Assembly: GCA_028023455.1 (NCBI GenBank)
Contig: JAQFVV010000003.1
Location: 12,028,001-12,092,000 of the forward strand
Length of the DNA: 64,000 nt
Direction: 5' to 3'
Source: Epiperipatus broadwayi
Lineage: Eukaryota; Animalia; Onychophora
Shown: in pieces, positions 1-12,239 of the stretch
Layout of the letters: each line of letters begins with the position of its first letter
Numbering within the stretch: the stretch's first letter is position 1
The notes under the pieces: model-generated
Databases searched by the model: none
What the model saw: only the letters and a program-made list of their open reading frames with translations
Told to the model about the DNA's origin: nothing
Made by a program: the position numbers and the translations under genes

Positions 1-2086
1 ATCCATCTTCTCCGATCTTTAGTTTCTCTTCTCCACATCACCCCTACACATTTTCTTATTTCATCCATCCATCTTACATGTGGTCTCCTTCTGGGTCTTT
101 TACAATCTCTTGGAATCCAATTTAAAATTTCAATTGTCCATCTATTATCATCTCTTCTAGCAATATGTCCAGCCCAACTCCACTTCAATCTTTTAATTTT
201 TTCAATGAGGTCAGTAACACCTGTTTGTTCTCTTACCCATACATTGAGTTTTCGATCTCTTCTTGTTACTCCCAACATACATCTCTCCATACTTCTTTGA
301 GTGGTCTGAAGTCTCTGTATTGATCTTTTATTAAGTGTCCAAGTCTCAGATCCATAAGTAAGAACTGGTAAAACACATTTGTTAAAAACCTTTCTTTTCA
401 AACACATAGGCATATTTCCTTTTAATATCAAGTTATTTCTACCAAAGGCACTCCAACCAAGTTTAATTCTATGATTAATTTCCTCTATTATGTTTCCATC
501 TGTATTAATAATCTGACCAAGGTATTTGTAACTCTTAACTTCTTCTAATTCATCATAATCAATCTTTATTTTCATATTTTGAGCAAATCGATTAAACATT
601 ACTTTAGTCTTTTTAACATTTATCTTTAGTCCTACTTTCCTACTTTCATCTGATAACTCCTGCAACATTTCCTGCAGCTTGGAAGCATTATTTGCAAAAA
701 CAACTACATCATCTGCAAAATCTAAATGACTTAAATAATCTCCATTTACTTTCACTCCTTTAGTTTCCCATTTTAATCCACAAAATACTTCTTGCAGCAC
801 TGCTGTAAAAAGTTTTGGAGATATGGAGTCACCTTGTCTTACACCTTTCTCAATGTTGACTTTCCCAGTATCATTATGTAATCTAATTATTGCTGTTGCA
901 TTTTTATAAATATTCTTTAAAATATGACAATATCCTGGATCTATACTTTGATGATCCAATGCTTTAATCACTGAAGAAATGTTTATAGAATCAAATGCCT
1001 TTTCATAATCTACAAATCCAAAACATAATGACAACTCATATTCATTTGTCCTTTCTATAACTTCTCTCAATACTTGAATATGATCTACTGTACTAAAACC
1101 ACTTTTAAATCCAGCTTGTTCTCTTGGTTGGTGAAAATCCAAGGTTCTCTGTAGACGAGTTGTAATTATCTTGGTAAAAATTTTATATAAAACTGATAAA
1201 AGGCTGATAGGTCTGTAATTTCTAATATCTTCTTTATCACCTTTTTTAAATATTAATATTATTACTGCATTCTTCCAATCATCCGGTACATCTTTATCAT
1301 TTAGACATTTGGTATATAACTTTGCTAATATTTTTTCTGTTTCTTCACCTGCTTCTTTTACTATATCATTTATAATTCCATCATTACCTGGAGCCTTTCC
1401 TCTTTTCATACATTTAATTGCATTTCTCACTTCTTCATTTAAAATTCTGGGCAATTCGGAAGATGTAATAGATATAGGAGGTACTTGTTCTTTATTACTA
1501 TATAATTCTTGATAAAAATCTTCTACCAATTTCATAATGTCATCCCTCTTTTTAGTAATAATTCCATCTTTTTTCCTTATTGCAGATATAAATTTCCTAC
1601 CAATACCAAAATGTTGTTTTACATTCTTAAGACTTTTATTTTCTTCTACAGCTTTTCTTGCTAGTTCACAGTTATACTTTCTTATATCATTTTCAACTCT
1701 TTTCCACACCATTTTACAAAATTTGAGATATTCAATTCTTTTTAATGCATCATTCTTGCATATCTTCATATTCCTTCTTTTCTTCATAAGTTCTCTAGTC
1801 TCAGTAGAAATTTTATTAGTCAATTGCTGCTTTTTTCTACCAGCTATCTTTGTTGCAGTTTTTAAAAGTGTATCAGTTATTTTCATATTAATTTCATTCA
1901 AATCTGAATCATGTTCAAAATCTACTAATACTTGAAACCGATTTGTAAGTTCTAATTTAAATTCATTAGAATGTTTCTGAAGATTAGGAATATCAACTGT
2001 AAATATAGTTTCCCTTAATAATTTTTGTCTCTCCAGTTTTACATTAACATGTATCTTACCCCTTACTAATCGATGATCACTTCCTG
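1..2086 (-). mobile_element. RTE-clade LINE copy 1, 3' (RT) portion, degenerate; runs off the window start
   Basis: The reverse complement aligns along its length with the + strand RTE copy at about 16790-18830. It includes RPISLL (about 1195-1215), GVRQGDSISP (about 815-845) and FADD (about 708-720) codons. Confidence 0.92.
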
Positions 2087-3228
2087 CAGAAAGGAGTTTG
2101 CTATTAACTGAAAGGAGACCCTTTGATTCCTCTTGGAGGCCTTAAAGGAACCGAGCAGGGCAAATTCCTAATGTCCACTCCATACGTTCTTGTCGTTGCA
2201 GCTGTTATTACTATATGTTTATTCATATAGTATACGAACATGGATGGGCTGCTCACCAACACGCATTAACCAGCGTGGTGACTTTATTGGCTTTTTACCT
2301 CTGAGTTTAAGATCAAGAAACACCATGGTCTTTCTTCTCAGTGCCTGATAAGGCAGAATGAATGTTTGTGTAAATGATAAAGATTTTTCCCAATTATACA
2401 ATTATGACAGACAAAAATAAAGCATGGCCCTTAATCCCAGGAGGCTGTAAAGTCACCAACCAAGGCAGCGGTTGGTGGCCGAAGGCGGAGGGTGCTAAGA
2501 ATATCCTGGAGGTGGACCCAGGCTGCCATTTGATGATGACTTTTTATTTAGGTACTTACAACTGCAGATCACTTTCAAGTGAAGGAAGATTGCAAGAATT
2601 AGAAGAAGAACTCTCTTATATTAAATGGGATATTATTGGACTTTGTGAAGTTAGAAGAAAAGGTGAAGAGACAATTGATTTAAAAAGTGGACATATGCTC
2701 TATTATAAAGGCACAAATATTGGAAATACAAGTGGAGTAGGATTCATTATAAATAAAAAGTGGAAGAACAATATTGTGGAGATTGATGGTGTATCAGACA
2801 GAGTGGCAAGATTAGTTATACAACTTAATAGCAGATATCAAATGCAGATAATTCAGGTTTATGCCCCAACAAGTTCTCACAGTGATGAAGTAGTAGAAGA
2901 TTTTTATATGGATGTACAAAAGGCTTTTGATCAGAGTAAACAACATTTTAAAATTGTTATGGGAAATTTTAATGCTAGAATTGGTAAACAAATGAAAGAT
3001 GAAAGTGTTGTAGGTAATTTTGGTTATGATAATAGAAATGAGAGAGGACATAGACTTATGGAATTTGCAGAGAAGGAAAAAATTTATATTATGAATTCTT
3101 TTTTTGAGAAAAAAGTTAGAAGGAAATGGACATGGAAGCATCCAAATGAAGGTACAGCAGAATTGGATTATATTTTGACTAACAGGAAATACATATTTCA
3201 AGATTGTAATGTTCTTAATAAATTTAAC
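2087..3228 (+). mobile_element. RTE copy 1, inverted 5' portion: 5' UTR plus APE endonuclease
   Basis: ORF 2374-3324 encodes TYNCRSL, DIIGLCEVRR, QVYAPTSS, VMGNFNARIG and ELDYIL. Homology to copy 2 stops at AAATTTAAC (3228), immediately before the point where the minus-strand part begins. Confidence 0.9.
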
Positions 3229-3419
3229 TCCATATATGAATATTTAATAGATCAACCTATTGAAATGTATTCAATTACAAAACTTTTAAATTATATCATC
3301 AAACATTATAAAAATTCATTGTAGGTCACAGGACAAGATAAATAAAAAAATAGAAAGTATTTTCTATAAATCAAAAACCTTTATTAAGTGAGCAAACCTT
3401 TCAATTAAGGCAGTCTTTT

Positions 3420-3990
3420 TGAATATAAAACTGTAAGGTTAAAAATTCAATAAATAACATATCATCAACAGTTTTTAGAGCCAATGCCTTGCCATTACAG
3501 TCATATCATTCTATCTTCAGCTATTCATGCATATGAAAAACATCCAATTTCACTAATCACATTTAAAGATAGGAATTTTTTGGACCGCCTCTCAATTTTT
3601 TTTTTTAAATTTTGCCTTCCAAAATATTTTGTAAAAACACATCTGTCTTAAAATATGACACAAAAATGAAAACTTTCTCATTTTTTTATTGTATTAAGTA
3701 GTTCTCTTTTCATTTAAATTCTCTTTATATATTTGATCATTAGTATTTCTTTCCATCCAACTCATTCTAGCTGATCTCCTAAGCCACATTTCCATTTTTT
3801 TTATTTTTCCAAAGACTATGTCTCACAACCACATGTAACAAACAAAATAACTATCACAACTCTTCTCATTATAAACCACATTGGATAATAGCAATTTTTT
3901 TAACACAGCTATAAATGTAAACAGCAGTTTAACAGTTATGTACTAATTGAAAGTATCAAAAACTTATAACTGAAGTCACTAAAAATACAC
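3420..3990 (-). mobile_element. Highly decayed RTE-like LINE 3' fragment
   Basis: Minus-strand translation by eye gives VTCGCET* (cf. LTYGCETW), GLRRSARMSWMERNTN and AEDR, typical of the RTE ORF C-terminus. Confidence 0.4.
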
Positions 3991-4534
3991 TATCTATGTT
4001 CAGATTTAATGAAAAAATTGCTTTGGTTTCAGACATTGCAAAAAAAAGTAGTCTTCACAAAACAAAAATAATTGAGATAATTGACATTTATTTGTAACAT
4101 TTTTTTCTAATTGAAATTTTTAATAATTTTGACAATAAGAGGTAACAGTTTATATTTTAAGGCAAAAATAAAAAGGCTTATTTTTGTGTTACATAACTGA
4201 ATATTTTTTTTAAACAGCATTTGAATTGCATTGTATTTTAAAATATAATTGCATTCTGAATTAAACATTAGAATTTGTGTATTTACTGTATAATTAGTTT
4301 TAGTAATAGGTATTATATTGTGAATGACAGGGAACTAATACACAGCTGTTTAGATGGGAATTGAATTCTTCTGTGAATGCTTTTGATTATTTTTCAATTT
4401 AATTATCAGTTCTCTTTGTTTTATAATGTTTCATAATTATATATCACATAATGTTTATTTAAGCATTACATATCGAGGCTATATAGTCATATATAATATT
4501 GATGAATAAATCTGTTGATTTATTTATTCATAAG

Positions 4535-5548
4535 TAAATGACATATATATAATCAACATTACTCCAAATTCACAACTCAATCAGATTAGTCAAGCAAATA
4601 AACTCTAAAACCCTACCAATGGTTTCACTGCTACAAGCAGACTTCTCAAGTGTAAAGAACTACAAAATAATAACATATTTAAACAAGAATTACCCACAGT
4701 TCACTTACTTTCTATACACCCTTAATCTTAAAAGAACATTTAAATAAGTTAATTGCTTCAGAAACATAAAATGTTAATAATAAAGAATTCTTTTTTTTTA
4801 ATTTCATTTTCTAAAAGAAGATAACCTTAGCTTCATCAAAATTAATAGTGTGGTTATATAAAACAAAACTGATATTTATTTCTAAACCTACTTTTATGTA
4901 CCTTTATTCTTTCATTTAAGTTCACAGTACTTCGACCTATATATACCTTCTTACAAAAATAAGGGATAGTTTCTATCAAAAATTTCTTTTGTATTATTTA
5001 ATAAATTATTCAAAGTAATACCCCCTTTTCAACCAACTTTCTTATTTCCAAACAAATTACTATTTTTACATATAATTTTATAAGAAGACAATTTAAATGG
5101 CAAAGATATAAAATCATATTTTTCTTTATCTTTGACATCAGTACAAATATTATTACTATTAAATAAAATACTTTTAACAAATTTATCACATAATCTTTAT
5201 AAAATTGACCTTTTTGAAACAAAGCTACTCCACTAGAAATATTTAATCTTTTATTTCTATAACAATATTTTTTTAATGAGATACAGATTGATAGTTATCA
5301 GGTTTATTTATACAGACCTTAATTCTTTACTCTTAAGATAATGACTATATACCAAGAAATTATTCTTTACATACATTTCTAATCACCAATAGATGTAAAA
5401 ATCTTAATTTAACAAAATCTAATCCCTCTCCTTCTACTGCATATTTTATAGAAGAATCAAAACAATTAAAACTCATTTACTAACTCTTTCAATTTATTAT
5501 TCTAAACTACAAATAAACAATCATCCACATACCTAACAAAATAATTTT
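4535..5548 (-). mobile_element. Penelope-like element A, left arm (RT C-terminal part, GIY-YIG, hammerhead)
   Basis: Inverted homolog of 5690-6750. The minus strand reads LFVRYVDD at about 5520-5545. Confidence 0.8.
4603..4659 (-). ncRNA. Type I hammerhead ribozyme, U3-A8 core variant, near intact
   Basis: Minus strand: TTCT TTA CAC TTGAGAA G T CTGCT TGT AGCAG T GAAA CC ATT GG TA GGG TTTT AGAG. Stem II is CUGCU/AGCAG, stem III is ACC/GGU, the cleavage triplet is GUA, and stem I has an internal loop and one mismatch. Confidence 0.7.
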
Positions 5549-5589
5549 TATAATAATTTTTAAAATTATAAAATAATTTTTATAAGATT

Positions 5590-6750
5590 AATTAAGGAAG
5601 GGTGGGTAATAGTTTATATTACTTCTCCTTTAATTTGTTCATTTTATATTATTTGGAAGAGGAAATTATTATTAAGAAGGTTTGTGTATATTTAAAGTTA
5701 TTTGTTAGATATATGGATAATTGTTTGTTTGTAGCTGAGAATGATAAATTGAAAGAGTTGGTAAATGAATTTAATTGTTTTGATCCTTCTGTAAAATATG
5801 CGGTAGAATGAGGGGAGGGGGTTAGATTTTGTTAAAATAAAACTTTTAGATCTATTGATGATTATAAATGTAAAGAATAATTGTTTAATATGTAGTCATT
5901 ATGTTAAGAGTAAAGAATTAAGGTCTATAAGTAAATCTGATAGCTATCAATCTGTATCCCATAAAGTAGCTGCTTTAGGAAATTATTGTTAAAGAAATGA
6001 GATTAAATAATTCTAATGGGGTAGCTTTGTTTCAAAAAGGTCAATGTTATAAAGATTATTTGAGTGTTGGCTACTCTGATAAATTTGTTTAAAGTATTTT
6101 ATTTAATGGTAATAATATTTGTAATGATGTAAAGGATAAAGAAAAATATGATTTTATTTCTTTGCTATTTGTCTTCTTATAAAATTGTATATAAAAATAG
6201 TAATTTGTTTGGCAATAAGAAAATTGCTTAAAAAGGGGTATTACTTTGAATAATTTATTAAGAAATACAACAGAAATTTTTGATAGAAAGTCTATTCCTG
6301 GAGTAGTATATATTATCCCTTGTTTTTGTAAGTAGGTATATATAGGTCAGAGTACTTTTAATTTAAATGAAAGAATAAATATGTAAAAATAGATTTAGAA
6401 ATAAATATCTTAATTCTGCTTTATATATCCATGAAAAAGATACAAGCCACACTATTAATTTTGATGAAGCTAAGGTTGTCTTCTTTAAGAGAAATGAAAT
6501 TAAAAAAAGAATTAAAATTTTATGATTCTGAAGCAATTAACTTATTTAAAAGTTGTTTTAAGATTAAGGGTATATGGGAGTTAAGTGGAATTGTGGGTAA
6601 TGATTAGTTTAAATACATTGTTTTTTTATATTTTTTACATGAGAAGTCTGCTTGTAACAGCAAAACCATTCACACTGTTTTAGAGTTTATTTTCTTGGTT
6701 AGCCTGGTTGAGTTATGAATTTAGGGTAATTTTGATTATTTATTGACTAG
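5590..6750 (+). mobile_element. Penelope-like element A, right arm
   Basis: MGNSL..NLFI..LEEEII..LFVRYMDN (ORF 5602-5811). GIY-YIG motif PGVVYIIPCFCK*VYIGQS at about 6297-6353. Decayed hammerhead at about 6632-6685. Confidence 0.82.
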
Positions 6751-6791
6751 TTTAACTTTATGCTTTTAATATATATAATGTACTAACATTG

Positions 6792-8059
6792 TGTTGGCAC
6801 ATAATAATTTTATTTAAAAATTTATTAAAATAAAAATCTTTCGTAAAAGAAAATGTAAAAGTTTAAGAGTTTTGAAATAAAAGTTACAGTTATTTAATTA
6901 AAAGGGGGGAGAGGGGTTTGCTTTAGAAGCATCAAGTTAAAGTTTCATAAAAGAAGTAAAGAGGTTTTTTTCTTATTATTATTAATTGAAATATAAGTTA
7001 AAAGTTTAAAACATAAATCCCTTTTATTTAAGTTAAAAAAATATTTAAGTTAAAGAAAGGAAAAAAAGTTCATCTTAAAACTAAATAGTGAATGGATCTC
7101 AAATTATATATGTGCGTGCAACTGTAAATATAATGTATGTGTATTAAATATTAAAAAATAAATGAAAGTTAAAAAATTAAAAAACACCCAGCGGTGGCTA
7201 CTAATTAAAAATATAAAAATATGTTTGCATGGCTACTAATTAAACGATCTCCAAAAACATGTAATTGAAAGATTATCAAAGGAATTTTGACAACAGGTAT
7301 AGCTGGAGAATATCATAATGACAACACGTCATATGTATAAATAGTCAATTTTTTTATCGGACAGTTAGTTGAGTTTGAGTTGCATTTGAGATAACAGTTC
7401 AGTACAATCTATCAGTGAGTTATATCAGTCAGCTTATTATATATCCAGAATCAAGAATGCAGTGGTAAAACCTCAGAAAACATGACTTTCTCCAGCCTGA
7501 AGTCCAATGAAAACAGCCAACCTACCCGATAAAAGTGATGCCTGTGTAACAACCTGAAGCCGCTCTATATCTAATTGTCTTAAAGAAAATGCCTCAGAAT
7601 AATCAGCATCAAATCTCCACAAGAAAACTTCAAATCTAACCGGTTAGAAATATTTCATTAGAAGCAGCAAAAAGCAAGAAGTATCCACGTTCAAAATCCT
7701 AGGTAATAATATTTTCTTATACTCATTTCTAAAGTAGCCATCGCATTCGTAAAGCTCCAAGAGTCAAGTTTAAGAACTCTATAGCATACTTAGATGAACT
7801 ATTAATATGTGTGTTTAAAATGTTGTGTGTATTCAGGTGTTAGTATATTGATTTCATTGTATTTTAAATTTCAAATATTATTAAATGCTTTCCCATAAGA
7901 TATTATAGCGTGTGAATTAAAAATGTGCATGTGTTATATTAGTAAATAAGATATATAAAATATCTAAAATTAGTTTAATAAATGTTAATTAAATAAATTG
8001 TCTTTAAACTAAAACTTTATTTTGTCGGTCAATTCTTTTGCCACTATTTAAGTGAAACA
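6792..8059. mobile_element. Possible solo LTR
   Basis: TGTTGGCAC...GTGAAACA termini, TATAAATA followed by CAGTT-rich sequence, an internal AG/GTAAT donor and AATAAA near the end. The TSD is not convincing. Confidence 0.3.
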
Positions 8060-8849
8060 ATATTTTGTTATTGAATTAAAAATAGACTGAGCTAGTTAAG
8101 GGATTTTTCAAGTGCTGGATTATGGACCTACTAGTTTGGATAGTAGGGGTTTGAATCTAGCAGCCGAGGTAGGCCACGATCTGGAAATGTGATCATGTTA
8201 TGCATTAGATAGCTCGATCTGATCATGGGTATTATTGACAGCTCTGCTATCAATAGTATTTTCCACTTTGCTCAAACATGCCAGTTTGTTCATGTCATAT
8301 TTATAATTAAATAAAATTATAAATGTATTATAAATAAGGTTGAAACCCAGCTAAACCAATTTGCAGACTAAGTGTATTCTTCAACGAATCGAACACGGTA
8401 CAAGATATATATTGTAATGTCCACTGTATAATTAGGGTTTATTTACAAATTAACTGCCCGTACCCGGTGACCAAATTACATTCAATCTATTAAATTTTTT
8501 GTCAGAAAATTTCAGCAAGATTTAATGGACGCAATTATCTTTCCTGGATACACAACACCCTTTCACTTAATGGTACTACCATAATAATGGGGACAAGTAG
8601 GCCAGCTTTTAATTTATTTGAAAAGGCACCAGGATTCTGTATCAGAATACACTGGCCAAACCCCTTTTATTTTTTTTAGTTATGATGAAATTATTCGGAA
8701 TATCCGGAGGATCCGGAGAATTGCATTTTCAATTACAGCATTGACAACTTATTTAATTGAGTTATAATAATGACTAAACTGTAATGAAATTAGAATAATA
8801 ATAATAATCAATGACTAAATAACAATGAAAGTCACATTTAAATTTATTA

Positions 8850-9420
8850 ATATAAAAAAAAATATTTAATATTATCAAGAGAAGAAAATATAAAAAACAA
8901 ATAGGGAGTAAAACTACTGCTAATATTTTATTCTAATTGGTGCGTTCATGATGACAGTTTATCACACTTAAGAGTCTAAGAAAAGTGATCACTAGTATTG
9001 GAATCGAGTTACTTACCAGTAAGTTTATTTATTCATGTATAGGATTATAAAATTTACCATGCATGGATTTGTCTTGGAAGGAATCCACTGTTCAATATTC
9101 TGGCGATCCATCAGTCTTCGTGGTTTCACATTTAGTAGGAAATGGTTTCACTCAGGTAGTTTATGACATCAGGTCAAAAGCAACACCAGCAAAAAAACTT
9201 CTACTCACACATCTTAATAAGATTCAACATATTAGTAAGAATACTTTGGCACACTTTTCAAAATTTCTCCATGTTTATCTTTACTTTTCTCTGCAGGAAT
9301 GAAGATCTAAGAACCTTTACGCACGAGTCCTGATTTTTTTTTATCATCTCTCTGCACAACTCCTGTTGACACCTGTTAAGGTATACCAATTTTAAAGAAA
9401 TTTAGCCCACAAAGTCTTTT
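8850..9420 (-). mobile_element. Possible hAT transposase C-terminal remnant
   Basis: The minus strand reads SNTSDHFS*TLKCDKTVIMN, resembling the hAT dimerisation motif SN..ER.FS.LK..KT..RN. Many stops. Confidence 0.25.
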
Positions 9421-9821
9421 TTTTCTTTTTGTTTGCCATCTTTAATTAGGGAAGGAATGCTGTGACTTTTATTTTTTAATTTTTACAAAAATACAAAGTA
9501 GTTTCTCCTTTTGTTTTATTTTATATATCTCCTCTCTTTTCGAATTCTTTTAGTACACCCACATTGTTTAAACTAAATCGATCAGATATTTAAATAAATA
9601 TATTTTTTTATTATTATTAGGAATTTATTAATTTAACTTCTAAATTGCCAATGCTACTTGTACTAGGATAAAATACAGTACAGTATATATATATATAAGT
9701 TAGTTACTATAGATAATCAAAATGCCTTCTACTTATAGCATAAGACAGTATTTTTTCCAATGAAAATGTGATCTTATCTTTCATTATGTCTCATTTCTAT
9801 ATATAGAGGGAAATCTGAAAT

Positions 9822-10280
9822 ACTTAGGCTAGAGAATCAAATTTTAAATCAATCACAAAATTTATTTTCAGATATTTTAAAATTAATTGAAATTATTGCA
9901 TGACAAATTTGAGATTTTTCTGTTTTTAGACCTTGCTAACAAAGATTCAAATGATGAAATATATGGTCGAACACTTTAAGTGCTAAATGTGTATGAAATG
10001 TTAAAGATTAAATTTCAATGCAACAGTTATTACAGATAATTAAAAGACTCTAGCCATAACATAAGTCAATAATTTTTCCAATAAAAAAGTGGCCCATCAT
10101 GCCTCATTTGTATATATAAAAGTATGTCATAAAAACTTAAAGACTAGAAAATCAAATTTTAAATCAATCATGAAATTTACTTCCAGATATTTTTTAATTG
10201 ATTGATATTATTATATGACAAATCTGGGATTTCTCCCAGTTTTTAAATTTTGTTAACAAATATTCAAATGATGCGATTAT
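9822..10280 (+). repeat. Diverged direct duplication, about 140-bp homology, period about 313 bp
   Basis: ctagagaatcaaattttaaatcaatca...caaagattcaaatgatg (9822-9962) recurs at 10135-10275. Confidence 0.8.
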
Positions 10281-10299
10281 TTTAAATTTCCGTCTCTAT

Positions 10300-12099
10300 T
10301 GTTATAATCGCACATACTGTGATCACACATGTATATATTTGATATTAAATACTATAGTCTTTTTTTAAATATACAAATAATTAAAATGGTTAAAATCACT
10401 TAAGAAAGGAATGCATGAATTACTGTAATGAAATAAAAGAGAAAGGAATGAATCGAACAAGATTCTTATCTTTTACACTTCAAAGTTTATATTTTGAAAA
10501 ATAGAAATATTAAAAGTTAGAAATAGTAGAGTCATATATTAAGATTAGGATTAAAACATAAAAAGGAGATATAAATAAAAGGGGAATCAAATAATTTAAA
10601 AAGGGTGACATTTAGGAGTTTTAAATGAAAGTATAGGTAGAAATTAGATTGTGATAAAAGATAAAAATCTGGTCTTCAAAATACACATTTTGACTAAATG
10701 AAATACGTATGTGAATGTGTGCATAAAGAAGGGGAAAAATTATTGTAGGTTTAAATGAGAACAAAGTTATTATAAAAATAACAAAATAAGAAAAAAGAAT
10801 GTAAAACCCATGTTATAAATATTATAAAATTAGAATTTAAGAAGAGAAATTTTATGTAAGCTGTAGAAGAAATTTTTAAAGTTAAAGGTGTGAAAAAAAA
10901 CCCTACAAATTCCAATGAACAATAGATCAAGATAAGAAAGGAATTCTGGAAGGAGACATTAATTAATTAACGGTGAGATTTTGATGGGAGAACTTGAGCT
11001 AAGAAGAAGGAGAGTATTAGACCTTTGAGGAGAGCAGACATTAAAAAAAAAGCTGAGTAAAAGACATCTTCATTTAAGACTGACCAAAATTATAACGAAT
11101 ATAAGACAAATCTACTATACGAGTGAATCTTCAAGAATGTGTGGCTAAGGGCCATCACAATCGCTGATTGATCCAAACCTGCCATGCTCATATGGTCACC
11201 TCACTATGAAACAACTGCCAGTGTAGTGCCTACCTGATGATCCACCTGCCATGCCATTAACACCCTAGTACTGTGAAGCCGCCTGTGTATAGGAAGAAGA
11301 AATTCCATGAAAAAAGCCAGAGCCGAAGAACGGCGTTTCTACTAAAGAACTGGAGAAATTCTAAGGACAGCCAGCAGAACATTAGTCAACATCAAAAGAA
11401 GAAAAAAAACTCTAGGTAATGTAAATGATTGACAAATATATATCACATGTGCACATACTCTTCGCATATCATTATATGCAATTGCAATTCCAAATATTAT
11501 TAGTGAGATAGATATAAATTAGACTCTTAAATAATACTTGGAAGAAAGACTATAATTGATAACTTATTTCAATATATTAAAGACATTCATATGATTTAAA
11601 CACACACCTAACTATAGCATTAGATTTAATGATTTTATTGTATCTTTAAATGTTTCATGTAATTTTTTGTTATTATAGTAAATATTTTATTGATAGATTA
11701 TTCTATCTGTCTCATCTTGTTTTCTTCACCATTCCAAATAGTTTAATCTAACTGGAGGGTTTGTTTATAATGAGTGCTTCATTTGAGTAGTAAGTAATAC
11801 ATGAGGATAGTTGTACACTATTAATAATCCCATTAAATTTTATAAATTAACCAAGTGCTGTAACTCTTTAATAAGTGCAGCAGCCGAGAGACGTCTGGTC
11901 GGGAAAGATAACCTTGTGGCAATATTCATCAAGGATGGATATAACATCGGTTATATTTATATGTTCTCTCACTTGGAGTAATGGAAATAATTTAAGTTTC
12001 AGATTTTTTATAATTGTGTTGTTATCCTTTATTGATATATTTTGTTGAATATGATGTATATTGTCTGAAACAACCGACTGATCCCGTAATTCCATTACA
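10300..12099. mobile_element. Solo LTR (Gypsy-type), 1.8 kb
   Basis: TGTTAT...ATTACA termini flanked by a 4-bp direct repeat CTAT (10296-10299 and 12100-12103). Non-coding interior; size and termini resemble the LTR at 47983-49656. Confidence 0.55.
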
Positions 12100-12239
12100 C
12101 TATATATGTATATAAGTGAGGCACAATTAAAGATGAGACTGCTTTTTTATCAAAAAAATTATCTTATGCTAACATTAAATAATATTTTAATTATCTATAT
12201 ATTTTAAATGTTTCATATATAATTTAGCACTGACAATGT

